A stretch of DNA of 64,000 nucleotides, taken from Dehalococcoidia bacterium. Lineage in GTDB: Bacteria > Chloroflexota > Dehalococcoidia > Lucifugimonadales > JAGWBF01. The notes below the pieces were generated by a model. That model was not told the origin of the DNA and made no database searches. It saw only the letters and a list, made by a program, of their open reading frames with translations. The stretch is from the NCBI GenBank assembly GCA_965207935.1, contig CBDBNM010000001.1, positions 67,614-131,613 on the forward strand, written 5' to 3'. Position 1 is the stretch's first letter; each line of letters starts with the position of its first letter. The position numbers and the translations under genes are program-made. This document shows positions 1 through 9,550 of this stretch, piece by piece.

Positions 1-555
1 GCGGGAGTTGACTATGGTATCGCCGCTCTGGTGATAGAAGATGAGGGCGCCCATCTGCTCGGCCGCTTTGAAGAAGGGCAGGTAGGCCGGGTCATCGAAG
101 GTCTTGCCGTTCACCTTGTCGTCGATCATGGCGCCCCTGAGCCCTAGCTGTACCATGCTGCGTTCCAGCTCCGTCACCGCCGACCCCACATCCTGCATAG
201 GTAAGGTCGCCAGCCCGGCAAAGCGTTCGGGCCAACCCTTAACCATCTCGGCGACCTCGTCGTTGGCTTCTTTGGAGGTAGCGACGGTTACGTCCAGGTC
301 CAGGTGGTAGTTGTAAAGGGCGCTGTGGGTGGAAAGCACCTGCACATCCACGCCCAGGGAGTCCATGTCGGCGATGCGCATTTCGGGGGTAAAGCGCATC
401 TTCGGAGCCACGGCTGCCCGCTGATCTCCACACACCATTATCTCCTGGCCCGTGGCATTGCGCTCCAGCTTGATGGAGTGCCAGTCGGACCCCGAATCGG
501 TAGATGTGAAGAACCCTGGGGGAGTGGTATGGGCATGGATGTCGATGCTTCGCAT
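1..555 (-). CDS. amidohydrolase-2 family metal-dependent hydrolase (ACMSD-like TIM barrel); C-terminus lies beyond the left edge
   Basis: Minus-strand ORF open to the window edge, so it has no in-window stop and is absent from the ORF track. ATG is the revcomp of cat 553-555, with a GGGAG RBS. My translation is MRSIDIHAHTTPPGFF...VDVQVLSTHS...LATLPMQD...GAMIDDKVNGK, showing the HxH start typical of the family. Confidence 0.75.
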   Translation of the reverse strand, partial: MRSIDIHAHTTPPGFFTSTDSGSDWHSIKLERNATGQEIMVCGDQRAAVAPKMRFTPEMRIADMDSLGVDVQVLSTHSALYNYHLDLDVTVATSKEANDEVAEMVKGWPERFAGLATLPMQDVGSAVTELERSMVQLGLRGAMIDDKVNGKTFDDPAYLPFFKAAEQMGALIFYHQSGDTIVNSR

Positions 556-710
556 TGTTTTCTCCCGCCTTATATTGGCCCTTATCCTACAATGAGCCTT
601 CGGCGAAAGGAAAGCGACTCCGGAATCCACAAGGATCCCCATAGAAATGTAAAGGGTCCCGATATCGGTTGATTCCGAAGGGATTGGGATGGTAGGATGA
701 CTTAGCCGCC

Positions 711-1994
711 ATGGACCTGAGTGACTTATGGAAGCCAGCACTCATAGTGCTTTTCTTGGTGCTCTCCGCCTTCTTCTCCGCATCTGAGACTGCCTTCATC
801 TCCTTATCTCAGGTACGACTTGCCCACTGGGTGAACATCGGCAGACCCGGCGCCACCAAAGTGGCGCGCATGCTCCAGCGCCCCGAGAAACTGCTGGCCA
901 CAGTTCTTCTCAGCAACAACCTGGTAAACACCGCCCTAGCCTCCGTTGCCACAGCCCTAGCCATCAGCGTCTTTGACAACGCCGACATGGCGGTCCTTCT
1001 TGCCACCGTCGGAGTCACCCTGCTTCTCCTCGTGTTCGGGGAGACCCTGCCCAAGAACCTGGCATGGAACCGGCCCGAGTGGGTGGCCTTCAGGGCGACC
1101 CAGCCCCTGTCCTTTATCGGGTTCGTACTCTCCCCGGCGGTCCGGCTGCTCCAGGGGCTCAGTATGCTGGTGGGGTACATCCTGGGGATAAAGCCGAACC
1201 GCTCCCAGGTGACCGAGGAAGAGATCAGGACCATGATCTCCATGGGCGCATCGGCCGGGGCGGTGGAAGCTTCGGAAGCGGAGATGCTGGAGAAGGTGTT
1301 CCACTTCGGTGACCGCCAGGTGCAAGAGATCATGACGCCGCGCACCGAGATAGTTTGGGTGGAAGAGGACACCATCTTGGAGCAGTTCCTGGAGACCTAC
1401 AACCAGGAGTCCCACACCCGGTTTCCAGTCTTTCAGGGCAATATCGAGAACATCGTCGGCGTCCTTTCGGTGAAGGACTTGGTCCAATCGATGGCCCGCA
1501 AAGAGGTGCAGCCCGGCACCAGCGTGACAACAGTGGTGCGCCCCGCCTATTTCGTCCCAGAGACCAAGCTGGTGGGCGCTCTCTTCTCGGAGCTCACCCA
1601 GCAGGGCCAGCAGATGGCCATCGTCATCGACCAGTTCGGCGGAGTGTCGGGCTTGGTTACACTGAAGAGGCTCATGGAGGTCGTGGTAGGGCCGGTAGGT
1701 GAGGAGGGTGAGCCCGCCCAGGGAGAGATCGAAGTTGTTGGCGAAAACATCTTCGAGGTGGGTGCAGGCATCGGCATCCAGGAAGCCAACGACGAGCTGG
1801 GCCTGAACCTGCCCGAGGGCAACTACCAGACCCTGGCCGGGTTCATCTTATCCCGCCTGGGCCACATCCCCGAAGAAAGAGAATGCCTGCACTACAGGGA
1901 CCTTCGAATGGAGGTGCTGGAGATGCGTCGACTGAAGATCGAACGGGTGCAGATCCACCGCTTGGTGGAGCAGGCGGTCACCGAAGAGACTTAG
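711..1994 (+). CDS. CNNM/CorC/HlyC-family transporter (DUF21 membrane domain + CBS pair + CorC_HlyC domain)
   Basis: 427-aa ORF. N-terminal TM region with the FFSASETAF motif, a central CBS pair, and a C-terminal CorC/HlyC-type domain (GHIPEE...VLEM...RRLKIERVQI). Confidence 0.85.
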   Translation: MDLSDLWKPALIVLFLVLSAFFSASETAFISLSQVRLAHWVNIGRPGATKVARMLQRPEKLLATVLLSNNLVNTALASVATALAISVFDNADMAVLLATVGVTLLLLVFGETLPKNLAWNRPEWVAFRATQPLSFIGFVLSPAVRLLQGLSMLVGYILGIKPNRSQVTEEEIRTMISMGASAGAVEASEAEMLEKVFHFGDRQVQEIMTPRTEIVWVEEDTILEQFLETYNQESHTRFPVFQGNIENIVGVLSVKDLVQSMARKEVQPGTSVTTVVRPAYFVPETKLVGALFSELTQQGQQMAIVIDQFGGVSGLVTLKRLMEVVVGPVGEEGEPAQGEIEVVGENIFEVGAGIGIQEANDELGLNLPEGNYQTLAGFILSRLGHIPEERECLHYRDLRMEVLEMRRLKIERVQIHRLVEQAVTEET

Positions 1995-2146
1995 GCCCCG
2001 CTCACCAGACACACTTGAGGCACGAAGTGCTGGTCCCCGGATTCCCCCGGGAAACATAATCCCGATTCTCGCCCTGCGCGGGGTCGGACAGTCCAATAAC
2101 TTCCCCGGACTGCCGGTCTGAAAATACCCGAAAAACGGGCCCTTCA

Positions 2147-2155
2147 TGCTACAAT
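2147..2155 (+). promoter_or_regulatory. extended -10 box TGCTACAAT upstream of rimI
   Basis: Exact TGnTAnAAT-type element. The same 9-mer class recurs at 14624-14632 and 58897-58905. Confidence 0.35.
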
Positions 2156-2156
2156 T

Positions 2157-2852
2157 ATGGTTCTTGTTCCAGCAGGTGAAGAGGCAATGGACGTAGCTAT
2201 CCGACCGATTATAGAAGGCGATCTGGATATGGTGGCCCGCATCGAAAGGCAAGCCTTTCCCACCCTCTGTCCACCGACTCCCCTGAAGCGGGAGATGGGT
2301 AATCGCCGGGTCCGGTACTTGGTCGCCTGGGAACCCCTTCCCCCGGACGAGAACTTCGCCTCATCCGAAGAGTTCCGGGGGCTGGAGACAGACGCATCTA
2401 TCGGCGGCTTTGGCAGGCTGATGGGCGCGGTCAAGGACCGCCTGGGGCAGCGCAAGGTGCCACTTCCCACAGACTACCTTGTTCAGGGTTTCGTTGGGCT
2501 GTGGTTCGTGGCCGATGAGGCGCACATCACCGCTATCGCGGTTGAGGAGGGTGCCCGGCGACGGGGCATTGGCGAGCTGCTGATCATTGGATCAATCTCT
2601 TTGGCGATGCATCTCAAGTCGGCAGTTGTCAGCCTGGAAGCCCGCGTATCCAACTATCCTGCCCGTGCCTTATACCACAAGTATGGGTTCGAGCATGTCG
2701 GACTCAGAAAAGCCTACTATACCGACAACCGGGAAGATGCGGTGATCATGACGACCCAGGCTATCGATTCGCCCGACTACCAAGCCCGGTTCCTGGACCT
2801 GCGGAGGAAGTTCTCGGACAGGTACGGGGAAACCTCCATTGTCATCGTGTAG
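2157..2852 (+). CDS. rimI: GNAT N-acetyltransferase, RimI-like (ribosomal-protein-alanine acetyltransferase)
   Basis: Acetyl-CoA motif RRRGIGELLI and a RimI-like N-terminus IRPIIEGDLDMVARIERQAF. The true start may be ATG 2187 (GAAGAGG RBS), because a TGCTACAAT -10 box abuts the 2157 ATG. Carries a roughly 50-aa insertion relative to short RimI proteins. Confidence 0.7.
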   Translation: MVLVPAGEEAMDVAIRPIIEGDLDMVARIERQAFPTLCPPTPLKREMGNRRVRYLVAWEPLPPDENFASSEEFRGLETDASIGGFGRLMGAVKDRLGQRKVPLPTDYLVQGFVGLWFVADEAHITAIAVEEGARRRGIGELLIIGSISLAMHLKSAVVSLEARVSNYPARALYHKYGFEHVGLRKAYYTDNREDAVIMTTQAIDSPDYQARFLDLRRKFSDRYGETSIVIV

Positions 2853-2933
2853 CCCGTTTTCCCGGCCTTCTTCGACGGCTTACCCTCGAATGGCCCGCCT
2901 TTAGGGGCTAAACTTGACTCTCAAAGGTAAAGG

Positions 2934-3539
2934 ATGTTAACTGTTGGTCTGACCGGCGGCATAGGCACCGGAAAGAGCGAGGTAACGCGCCTGCTGGAGA
3001 CCCTCGGGGCCAGCGTCATATACGCAGACAGGATAGGACACGAGGCCTACAGGAACTCCTCCCCCGTATGGCAAGAGCTGGTGGACACCTTTGGGGAAGG
3101 TATTCTCGGGTCCGACGGAGAGATTAACCGCAAAGTTCTGGGATCCATAGTCTTCAGCGATCCCGGGGCGATGGAGAAACTGAACGCAATTATGCACCCG
3201 AAAATGGCTGAAATCATCGACGGAAAGATCAGCCAGTTTCGAAACGCAGGCGCCGGGGCGGTGGTTGTTGAGGCGGCTCTCCTCCTGGAGGCGGGTTGGG
3301 ACTCGATGGTAGATGAGGTCTGGCTCGTCCACGCACCTAAAAAAGCCATCGTGGAGCGCCTTAAGGTGCGCAGCAATCTCTCAGAGGGAGAGGTCGAGGA
3401 CCGCATGCGGTCCCAGCTATCTTACGAAGAATCATCTCGCCGCGCCCAGGTTGTGATACACAACACGGGCGATTTGCCAGAGCTGCGCAGCAAGGTCGAA
3501 TCAGCATGGGTTGCCAGAACGAAAGGGAAGGTTAGTTAA
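2934..3539 (+). CDS. coaE: dephospho-CoA kinase
   Basis: P-loop at the N-terminus ([14 protein letters not shown]) and a CoaE-typical length of 201 aa. Confidence 0.9.
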   Translation: MLTVGLTGGIGTGKSEVTRLLETLGASVIYADRIGHEAYRNSSPVWQELVDTFGEGILGSDGEINRKVLGSIVFSDPGAMEKLNAIMHPKMAEIIDGKISQFRNAGAGAVVVEAALLLEAGWDSMVDEVWLVHAPKKAIVERLKVRSNLSEGEVEDRMRSQLSYEESSRRAQVVIHNTGDLPELRSKVESAWVARTKGKVS

Positions 3540-3541
3540 GG

Positions 3542-4435
3542 ATGGTCAGTGGAGCTGCCACGTACTACCAAGAGTTCGCAATCGAAGAGTACACCGTACG
3601 GTCCGAGCCCTACTACCGGTCCGTATCCGATGAGATAGAGCTTTTCGAAGCTGCATACCAGCAGCGCCTTCCCGTGCTGCTGAAGGGACCAACGGGCTGC
3701 GGAAAGACCCGATTCATCGAATACATGTCCTGGCGCCTCACCCGTCCCTTGACCATCGTCAAGAAGCGGGGCAAGCCCAGCAACCAGGATCAGGATGGAC
3801 ACATCCCCCTGGTAACCATCGCCTGCCACGAAGACCTGACTGCCAGCGATCTGGTCGGGCGCTATCTGCTGGAGGCGGAAGGCACCCGGTGGATGGACGG
3901 CCCCCTGACTAAGGCAGTGAAGGCGGGAGCCATCTGCTACCTGGATGAGATCGTGGAAGCCCGGAAGGACACCACTGTTCTCATCCACCCTCTAACCGAC
4001 CACCGCCGTGTGCTTCCTATGGACAAGCTGGGGCAGATTATCGAAGCCAGCGGGCAATTCCTACTTGTGATCTCTTACAACCCAGGCTATCAAAGCGCCC
4101 TGAAGGACCTGAAGCACAGCACCCGTCAGCGGTTCATCGCCATTGAGTTCGACTATCCACCACGGGATATCGAAGCTGAGATCGTGCAGCAGGAAAGCGG
4201 GTGCGATTCGGAAACTGCTTTGGCCCTCGCCAAGCTGGCCGAAAAGGTGCGCAACCTTCGTGAACACGGTTTGCAGGAAGGCGCCAGCACCCGTCTGCTC
4301 ATCTACGCCGGCAAGCTAATCGCCCAGGGGGTAACTCCCCGCAGGGCCTGCCAGGTGGCGATAGTCTGGGCGCTGACCGATGACCAGGAGGTCCAGAAGA
4401 GCGTGGAAGAGGTCGTATCCTCCATATTCGAGTAG
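3542..4435 (+). CDS. CbbQ/NirQ/NorQ/GpvN-family AAA+ (MoxR-class) ATPase
   Basis: Walker [14 protein letters not shown], Walker [10 protein letters not shown], 297 aa. Starts 2 nt after the coaE stop. Confidence 0.85.
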   Translation: MVSGAATYYQEFAIEEYTVRSEPYYRSVSDEIELFEAAYQQRLPVLLKGPTGCGKTRFIEYMSWRLTRPLTIVKKRGKPSNQDQDGHIPLVTIACHEDLTASDLVGRYLLEAEGTRWMDGPLTKAVKAGAICYLDEIVEARKDTTVLIHPLTDHRRVLPMDKLGQIIEASGQFLLVISYNPGYQSALKDLKHSTRQRFIAIEFDYPPRDIEAEIVQQESGCDSETALALAKLAEKVRNLREHGLQEGASTRLLIYAGKLIAQGVTPRRACQVAIVWALTDDQEVQKSVEEVVSSIFE

Positions 4436-4450
4436 TGGCCCTATAACAAA

Positions 4451-5083
4451 ATGCTGGAGACGCATCGGGAATCAAGCCCCGATTTGAATGCAAAGATGCC
4501 TTTAACACTCGACTCCAACCTGGAAGCCTTCCGCGGTACTCTTTCCCATCGGCCACCGAAGACCAACGACGACGAATCCCTCCTCCCAGCCTCCGTGTTT
4601 ATCCTGGTGTATCGCAAGGAAGGCAGCTACTCTCTTCTGCTGAACAAGCGGTCCCAGATGGTGGAGCATCACAAAGGTGAGGTCTCCTTCCCCGGAGGGG
4701 CCAAGGACCCCGAAGATGCGAGCTTCCTGGAAGCGGCCCTACGGGAATGCCAGGAGGAGATGGGAATCGAGCCCCAGGACATCACTACCCTGGGCCAGCT
4801 TGATGACGTCGTTACCCGCAGCCGGTTCAAGGTAAAGGTGTTCGTGGGCACCATTCCATACCCCTACGCATTCGAGCCCAGCTCCATAGAAATCGCCGAG
4901 GTGCTGGAGGTCCCGATCATCGAGCTGCTGGACCCTTCGAACCTTCGCGAAGAGGTGCGCTGGTCCGGGGGCAATGCGGTGAAATCGACCTGCTACGCTT
5001 ACGGCGACCACCTGATCTATGGCGCTACTGCCCAGATGGTTGACCGGCTGCTGGAGCTTTTGCCGGCAGGGCTAAGAAACTGA
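4451..5083 (+). CDS. NUDIX hydrolase, CoA pyrophosphatase-like
   Basis: NUDIX box GGAKDPEDASFLEAALRECQEEMGI. The preceding LLLNKRSQMVEHHKGEVSFPGG resembles the CoA-NUDIX signature. Confidence 0.8.
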   Translation: MLETHRESSPDLNAKMPLTLDSNLEAFRGTLSHRPPKTNDDESLLPASVFILVYRKEGSYSLLLNKRSQMVEHHKGEVSFPGGAKDPEDASFLEAALRECQEEMGIEPQDITTLGQLDDVVTRSRFKVKVFVGTIPYPYAFEPSSIEIAEVLEVPIIELLDPSNLREEVRWSGGNAVKSTCYAYGDHLIYGATAQMVDRLLELLPAGLRN

Positions 5084-5132
5084 ACTTAGAATCTGAAGTA
5101 CAAGGACATGGATATCCAAGAGGGAGGGAAAG

Positions 5133-8100
5133 TTGAGCTCTCCATCCGGTCCTGAAGAAAGCTCAGCCCGCCTGGTGGTGGAGGCTGAGCTGGCAAAGAT
5201 GCCGCCCTCGGTGGTGGAGGAGTTCAGCCGCTCCCGAGCCGAGCTGGCCTCTGCCTTTAACGAAGAAGAGCTGAACCTGTGGGCTAAGGAAGGTCTGACC
5301 ATAGCCAACCAGACCGTGCGGTCATGGGAAGCAGCCCTGGAGTACTTCCGGGCCGGCCCCGAGGTGTCCAAGTCCCTTCCCTTCACCTCCTTCATGCAGT
5401 GGGCCCGTTGCGGCACTTACCTGTCCCAGGATTCTCCAACCCTTGCTGTTGCCTACTTCAAGGCCAGCCCGGGGATCGCCGCCAACCTTCGGGCCCAGTA
5501 CATACCCCGCTGGGCAGGCCTTGGACGTAGCTTGTACAAGGGAACCTGGAAGTCCAGCACCCTGGCTGCCCGGTTCTTCGAGGTAAGCCCCCGTTTGGTC
5601 CGGTACTTGCCCTTCTGGGATGTGGAGGTGTTCCTGTCCCTGACGGAGGCCCTGTCCTACAAGTCCTACGACGTCGCCAGCGAGTGCCTGATGCTGGGGC
5701 AGGATGTTCTTGCCAACATGGGCAAGGAGCGGGAAGCCTTCTTGTCCATGTGCCGCACCCTCACCGAAGGCACCTGGCGGGAGGTCAAGGGATGCATGGA
5801 GGTTGCCGAAAGGGCTCTCGCTGTGGTGGAGGAGGGCCAGCGCAGCAGGTTCCTCCGGTTATCGGAACGGCTGGCTAAGTCGGGGCAGAGAGACATTCCC
5901 GCATTCATCCTGGAAGGCTCCCAGTCCCTGGGCCGGGTAAGCCAATCGTCCCATCGCTACATTCTCGATCTGTGTGACGGGCTGCTGCCCATCTCTCCGG
6001 AGAGCGTGCCCGCCTTCCTGAAAAGCTTGGACTACGTGCTGTCCAGGATCACCCTCAGCCAGCTGGACTCATGGTTCCAGAGGGGCGTTTCCGTACTGGA
6101 AGAGAACCCCGACGGAGGCCTAGCCTACTTCAAGGTGGAGTCCAACACCTCGGAAGGTGTGTTGGAAACCCTGTCTTCCAGCCTGGAGCTGGACCGGGTT
6201 AAGGGGGTCATGCGCCTCTATTGCCGTGCCCTTTCGGGGGCGCCCATAGAGATACTCGACAGCAAGGAGTTGGTGCATAAGGGGATCGGCTGGGTGTCCG
6301 AGTCCCACGCCTCCACCGAGGGCACCAAGGTGTTCCTGCCCCCCGTGGTGGACCGCTACCAAGCCAAGGAGGAAAACTTCGGCTGGTTCAAGGTGGTCAG
6401 TACCCACCAGGTAGCCCACATGGAGTTTGGCAGCTTCGGATTCGCCTTTGACCAGCCCTCCAACCTGTTCAAGGACATGAGGGGGGAGCTGGAGACGGAG
6501 GCTGTCGCCAAGCGGGGTGAGGCGGAGGCCCTGCTGGAAGCGGACCTGGATGTGGACCTGGACAGCTCGGTAGCTGAGCGGGGTTACCTGACCGACATGG
6601 GGCGGTTCTTTCATCTGTTCGAAGACCGGCGCCTAGCCCTCGATCTGTTCACAGGCCTGGAAGATGGCAGGTTGGACTACAGAGTAAAGGTGGAGTACCC
6701 GGGAATCTTCACCAACTACAAGCGAGTGCAACAGGGCGCCCTGGAGGAACGGCCTCCAATAGAGGAGATGCCCCTGAAACAGGCAATGGTGGAGCTGCTG
6801 CTGCGCCTCAGCCTGGGCCAGACCAAGGGGCTGCCGGTGCCCCGGGGATACTCCAAGGTTGCCCGGATGCTGTCCAGGATACTGAAGCACCTGTTCACCA
6901 TCAGGGCCACCGTGGAGGACACTGCCGAAGCCACCATACGGGCCTACCAGCTCATCTCCCTGCTGCCCAACGAGCCCCAACCTCCCGAGGAGTTCGAGTC
7001 CCAGGACTTCGACGACGACCAGGAGTTCTCGGAAGAGGAGCTGCAGGAGCTGCTTCAGCAGATGCAGGGCGGGCAGGATAAGGGAGGCCAGGGAGACAAC
7101 GATCAGCCCTATGAGTCCCCCCAGGAGGTGGAGTTCCGGGGAGACTTCAAGCCGGAGCTGGTGCAGCTCCTCAACCGCCTGCGCATGGACCAGAGACAGC
7201 AGATGCAGGGGGACCCCCAGCCCATCACCAAGGAGATGCTGGAACAGCTCCTCAAAGAGAGCGCAGACCTGGACTTGGATGCGGAAGAGGGCGCTCTTCA
7301 GACCACAATGGGAATGTTCGCCCAGAACATGATGAAGGAAGCTGGCACTCCTCCGCCCTCTTCCCAGCCGGGCCAGGGCTACGGGCCCATGGTGCATGAG
7401 GATGAGCAGGGAGGCGCCCTGGAGACCCGGGAGCCCAAAGCCCAGGTGTACGACGAATGGGACTTCCGGGCCGCCGACTACAAGCCCAAGTGGTGCATCG
7501 TCCGGGAGAAGAGCGTCGAGGAAGGCGACATCAACTTCTTTAATGACACGCTGCGCAACTTTGCGGCCCTAACGTCGGATATCCGGCGCCAGTTCGAGAT
7601 GGTGATCCCGGAGAGCTTCCGCAAGGTGCGCCGGGTTATCGATGGAGAAGACCTGGACCTGGATGCAGCTATCGAAGCCACCATCGACTGGCGCAGCGGC
7701 AAAACTCCTGAAGAGAAAGTCTGGTGGCGCAGAAACAAGATCGAGCGCGACGTCGCTGTGGTGTTCCTGCTGGATATGAGCGCCTCCACGGCCGAAGCCA
7801 TCGACGAGGGACGCCAGCCTGTGGATGACCGGGATGCGCCCGACGACCCGGTGGAGTACATGATGTGGCTGCGCAGCAGGCGGGAAGGAATGATCCGCCG
7901 CCACTACAAGCGGATCATCGACCTGGAAAAAGAAAGCACAGCAATCCTGCTCCACGCCCTGGAGACCATCGGCGATTCCTATGGGATCTACGGGTTTTCG
8001 GGCTATGGCAGGGAGAACGTGGAGTACTACGTCATCAAGGATATCGACGAGCCCTTCCACGACAGGATAAAGCGCCGCATCGACAAGATCACCCCTATGC

Positions 8101-8435
8101 ACGCCACCCGCATGGGGCCTGCCATTCGCCATGCCACGTCAAAGCTGGCGAACCAGGAAGCCAAGACAAAGCTCTTGTTCCTGATAAGCGATGGGCGGCC
8201 CCAAGACCGTGGATACAGCCGCGAAGGTGTGGAGAAGGAATACGCCGTCCATGACACGCACATGGCTTTGGTGGAAGCGCGCAGGAAGTCAATCGTCCCC
8301 TTCTGCCTCACCGTGGACAAGTCGGGGCACGACTACCTGAAGTCCATGTGCGGGGATATGAGCTACGAGGTGCTGGACAACATCTGGAGCCTGCCCTCCA
8401 GGCTGCCTGTGCTCTACCGGATGCTAACGACCTAA
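5133..8435 (+). CDS. CbbO/NorD-type von Willebrand factor A domain protein (1100 aa)
   Basis: C-terminal VWA domain with a MIDAS DxSxS (VVFLLDMSASTAE). NorD/CbbO-like segments LYCRAL...KVFLPP and YDEWDFRAADYKPKWC. Acidic/Gln-rich central linker. TTG start at 5133, with an alternative in-frame ATG at 5199. Confidence 0.8.
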   Translation: MSSPSGPEESSARLVVEAELAKMPPSVVEEFSRSRAELASAFNEEELNLWAKEGLTIANQTVRSWEAALEYFRAGPEVSKSLPFTSFMQWARCGTYLSQDSPTLAVAYFKASPGIAANLRAQYIPRWAGLGRSLYKGTWKSSTLAARFFEVSPRLVRYLPFWDVEVFLSLTEALSYKSYDVASECLMLGQDVLANMGKEREAFLSMCRTLTEGTWREVKGCMEVAERALAVVEEGQRSRFLRLSERLAKSGQRDIPAFILEGSQSLGRVSQSSHRYILDLCDGLLPISPESVPAFLKSLDYVLSRITLSQLDSWFQRGVSVLEENPDGGLAYFKVESNTSEGVLETLSSSLELDRVKGVMRLYCRALSGAPIEILDSKELVHKGIGWVSESHASTEGTKVFLPPVVDRYQAKEENFGWFKVVSTHQVAHMEFGSFGFAFDQPSNLFKDMRGELETEAVAKRGEAEALLEADLDVDLDSSVAERGYLTDMGRFFHLFEDRRLALDLFTGLEDGRLDYRVKVEYPGIFTNYKRVQQGALEERPPIEEMPLKQAMVELLLRLSLGQTKGLPVPRGYSKVARMLSRILKHLFTIRATVEDTAEATIRAYQLISLLPNEPQPPEEFESQDFDDDQEFSEEELQELLQQMQGGQDKGGQGDNDQPYESPQEVEFRGDFKPELVQLLNRLRMDQRQQMQGDPQPITKEMLEQLLKESADLDLDAEEGALQTTMGMFAQNMMKEAGTPPPSSQPGQGYGPMVHEDEQGGALETREPKAQVYDEWDFRAADYKPKWCIVREKSVEEGDINFFNDTLRNFAALTSDIRRQFEMVIPESFRKVRRVIDGEDLDLDAAIEATIDWRSGKTPEEKVWWRRNKIERDVAVVFLLDMSASTAEAIDEGRQPVDDRDAPDDPVEYMMWLRSRREGMIRRHYKRIIDLEKESTAILLHALETIGDSYGIYGFSGYGRENVEYYVIKDIDEPFHDRIKRRIDKITPMHATRMGPAIRHATSKLANQEAKTKLLFLISDGRPQDRGYSREGVEKEYAVHDTHMALVEARRKSIVPFCLTVDKSGHDYLKSMCGDMSYEVLDNIWSLPSRLPVLYRMLTT

Positions 8436-8447
8436 GGCCGGTCAGCC

Positions 8448-9494
8448 CTATCGCTTGTACGGTGGGTCGGTAACCAGGCGGACCATAGCTTCGCCCCATT
8501 CGGCTGGCACTATGTACAAGGTCTCTTGGTCAGCCGCTCCCGCGTACCAGTAGTCGCCCTCTGGGGTCTCTCTGCCGAGGAAGAAAGTGGTTTCTTCATC
8601 ATCGGTATGCCGTATCAGCACCGACACCTTCGCTTGGTCTATGTTCAGTTCATAGATATCGGCATCCTCGATATCCCGCTCCTGGGACTCACTGATCCGG
8701 CGGTCGCTGAGGAGGGACAAAATTTCGGCCCAAGCCTCATCATCTACGGGTGTCCCATCCCCAACGACAAGCCACTCCCTGCCCTCCGGCTCATACTCGA
8801 CTATAGTCCACCCACCATCGCGGAGCTCGTAATCGAATCTCTCCAGCCGGGGAATCGAAGTAGCGCTGATGAGGGTGATATCTTCCACCTCGATGTCGAA
8901 CAGGGACGGCGCATAGGGCGGTTCCGTTACCAGCTTGCTTATGGCATCTCCCCAACCGGCCGAGACGGTGAGAAGACGGTTGTCTCCAACCAGCCGGATA
9001 TACCAAGCCTCTTCGTCCGGGGTGGGATCTCCCATGTGGAAGCGTATCACCTCTCTCCCGTGTACATCGAGGCCAACGGAGGTACGAGGCGGGTCAAGAC
9101 CATAGCGTGACAGGTCGGTCGTTTGGGGGTCCAGCACCTCCACCTGCCTCGAGGCTTCGGGGCCGCTTAGGAGCGAAGGTGTATTGCCCCAGGATGGCAA
9201 ATACACAGGGGTCCTTTGGTCATCATCAATGACCCAGAGATAGTTCTCGTGCAGTTCGGAAGATGCATCGCTCCCCAGGAGTGATGTGATCTCCTCCGGG
9301 TCCCTTAGAAGCTGGTACTCCACGGTGGCTCCTTCGTAGGTTACCCGGATGCCGTCGAGGTCCTCTGCGTTGAGCCTGTATATCTCGTGGGCCTGTTCCG
9401 GTAGCGTCCGGGTATTCAGCGCCCTGGTGAGAAGCACAGCGCCGCCAACCATTATCAGGACGGCTATGAGAAGAGATGTGAGCTTGTAGTTCAT
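8448..9494 (-). CDS. DUF4340-like membrane-anchored protein (last gene of the ABC/GldG operon)
   Basis: N-terminal TM anchor (LLIAVLIMVGGAVLL). Its position after a GldG-like gene matches the conserved ABC / ABC-2 / GldG / DUF4340 order. The family call rests mainly on context. Confidence 0.55.
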   Translation of the reverse strand: MNYKLTSLLIAVLIMVGGAVLLTRALNTRTLPEQAHEIYRLNAEDLDGIRVTYEGATVEYQLLRDPEEITSLLGSDASSELHENYLWVIDDDQRTPVYLPSWGNTPSLLSGPEASRQVEVLDPQTTDLSRYGLDPPRTSVGLDVHGREVIRFHMGDPTPDEEAWYIRLVGDNRLLTVSAGWGDAISKLVTEPPYAPSLFDIEVEDITLISATSIPRLERFDYELRDGGWTIVEYEPEGREWLVVGDGTPVDDEAWAEILSLLSDRRISESQERDIEDADIYELNIDQAKVSVLIRHTDDEETTFFLGRETPEGDYWYAGAADQETLYIVPAEWGEAMVRLVTDPPYKR

Positions 9495-9550
9495 TCACTA
9501 CACCTGCTGCCAGGACCCGATGTCTTCAGCGTATGAACCATCGCAATGGC

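Noticed and set aside
4433-4453. The cbbQ-type gene and the NUDIX gene are in the same frame, separated by TAG plus 4 codons, raising the idea of a read-through fusion
   Set aside because: Same-frame adjacency has a one-in-three chance expectation. TAG is the main bona fide stop here. The NUDIX gene has its own ATG, and the intervening codons show no domain continuity.
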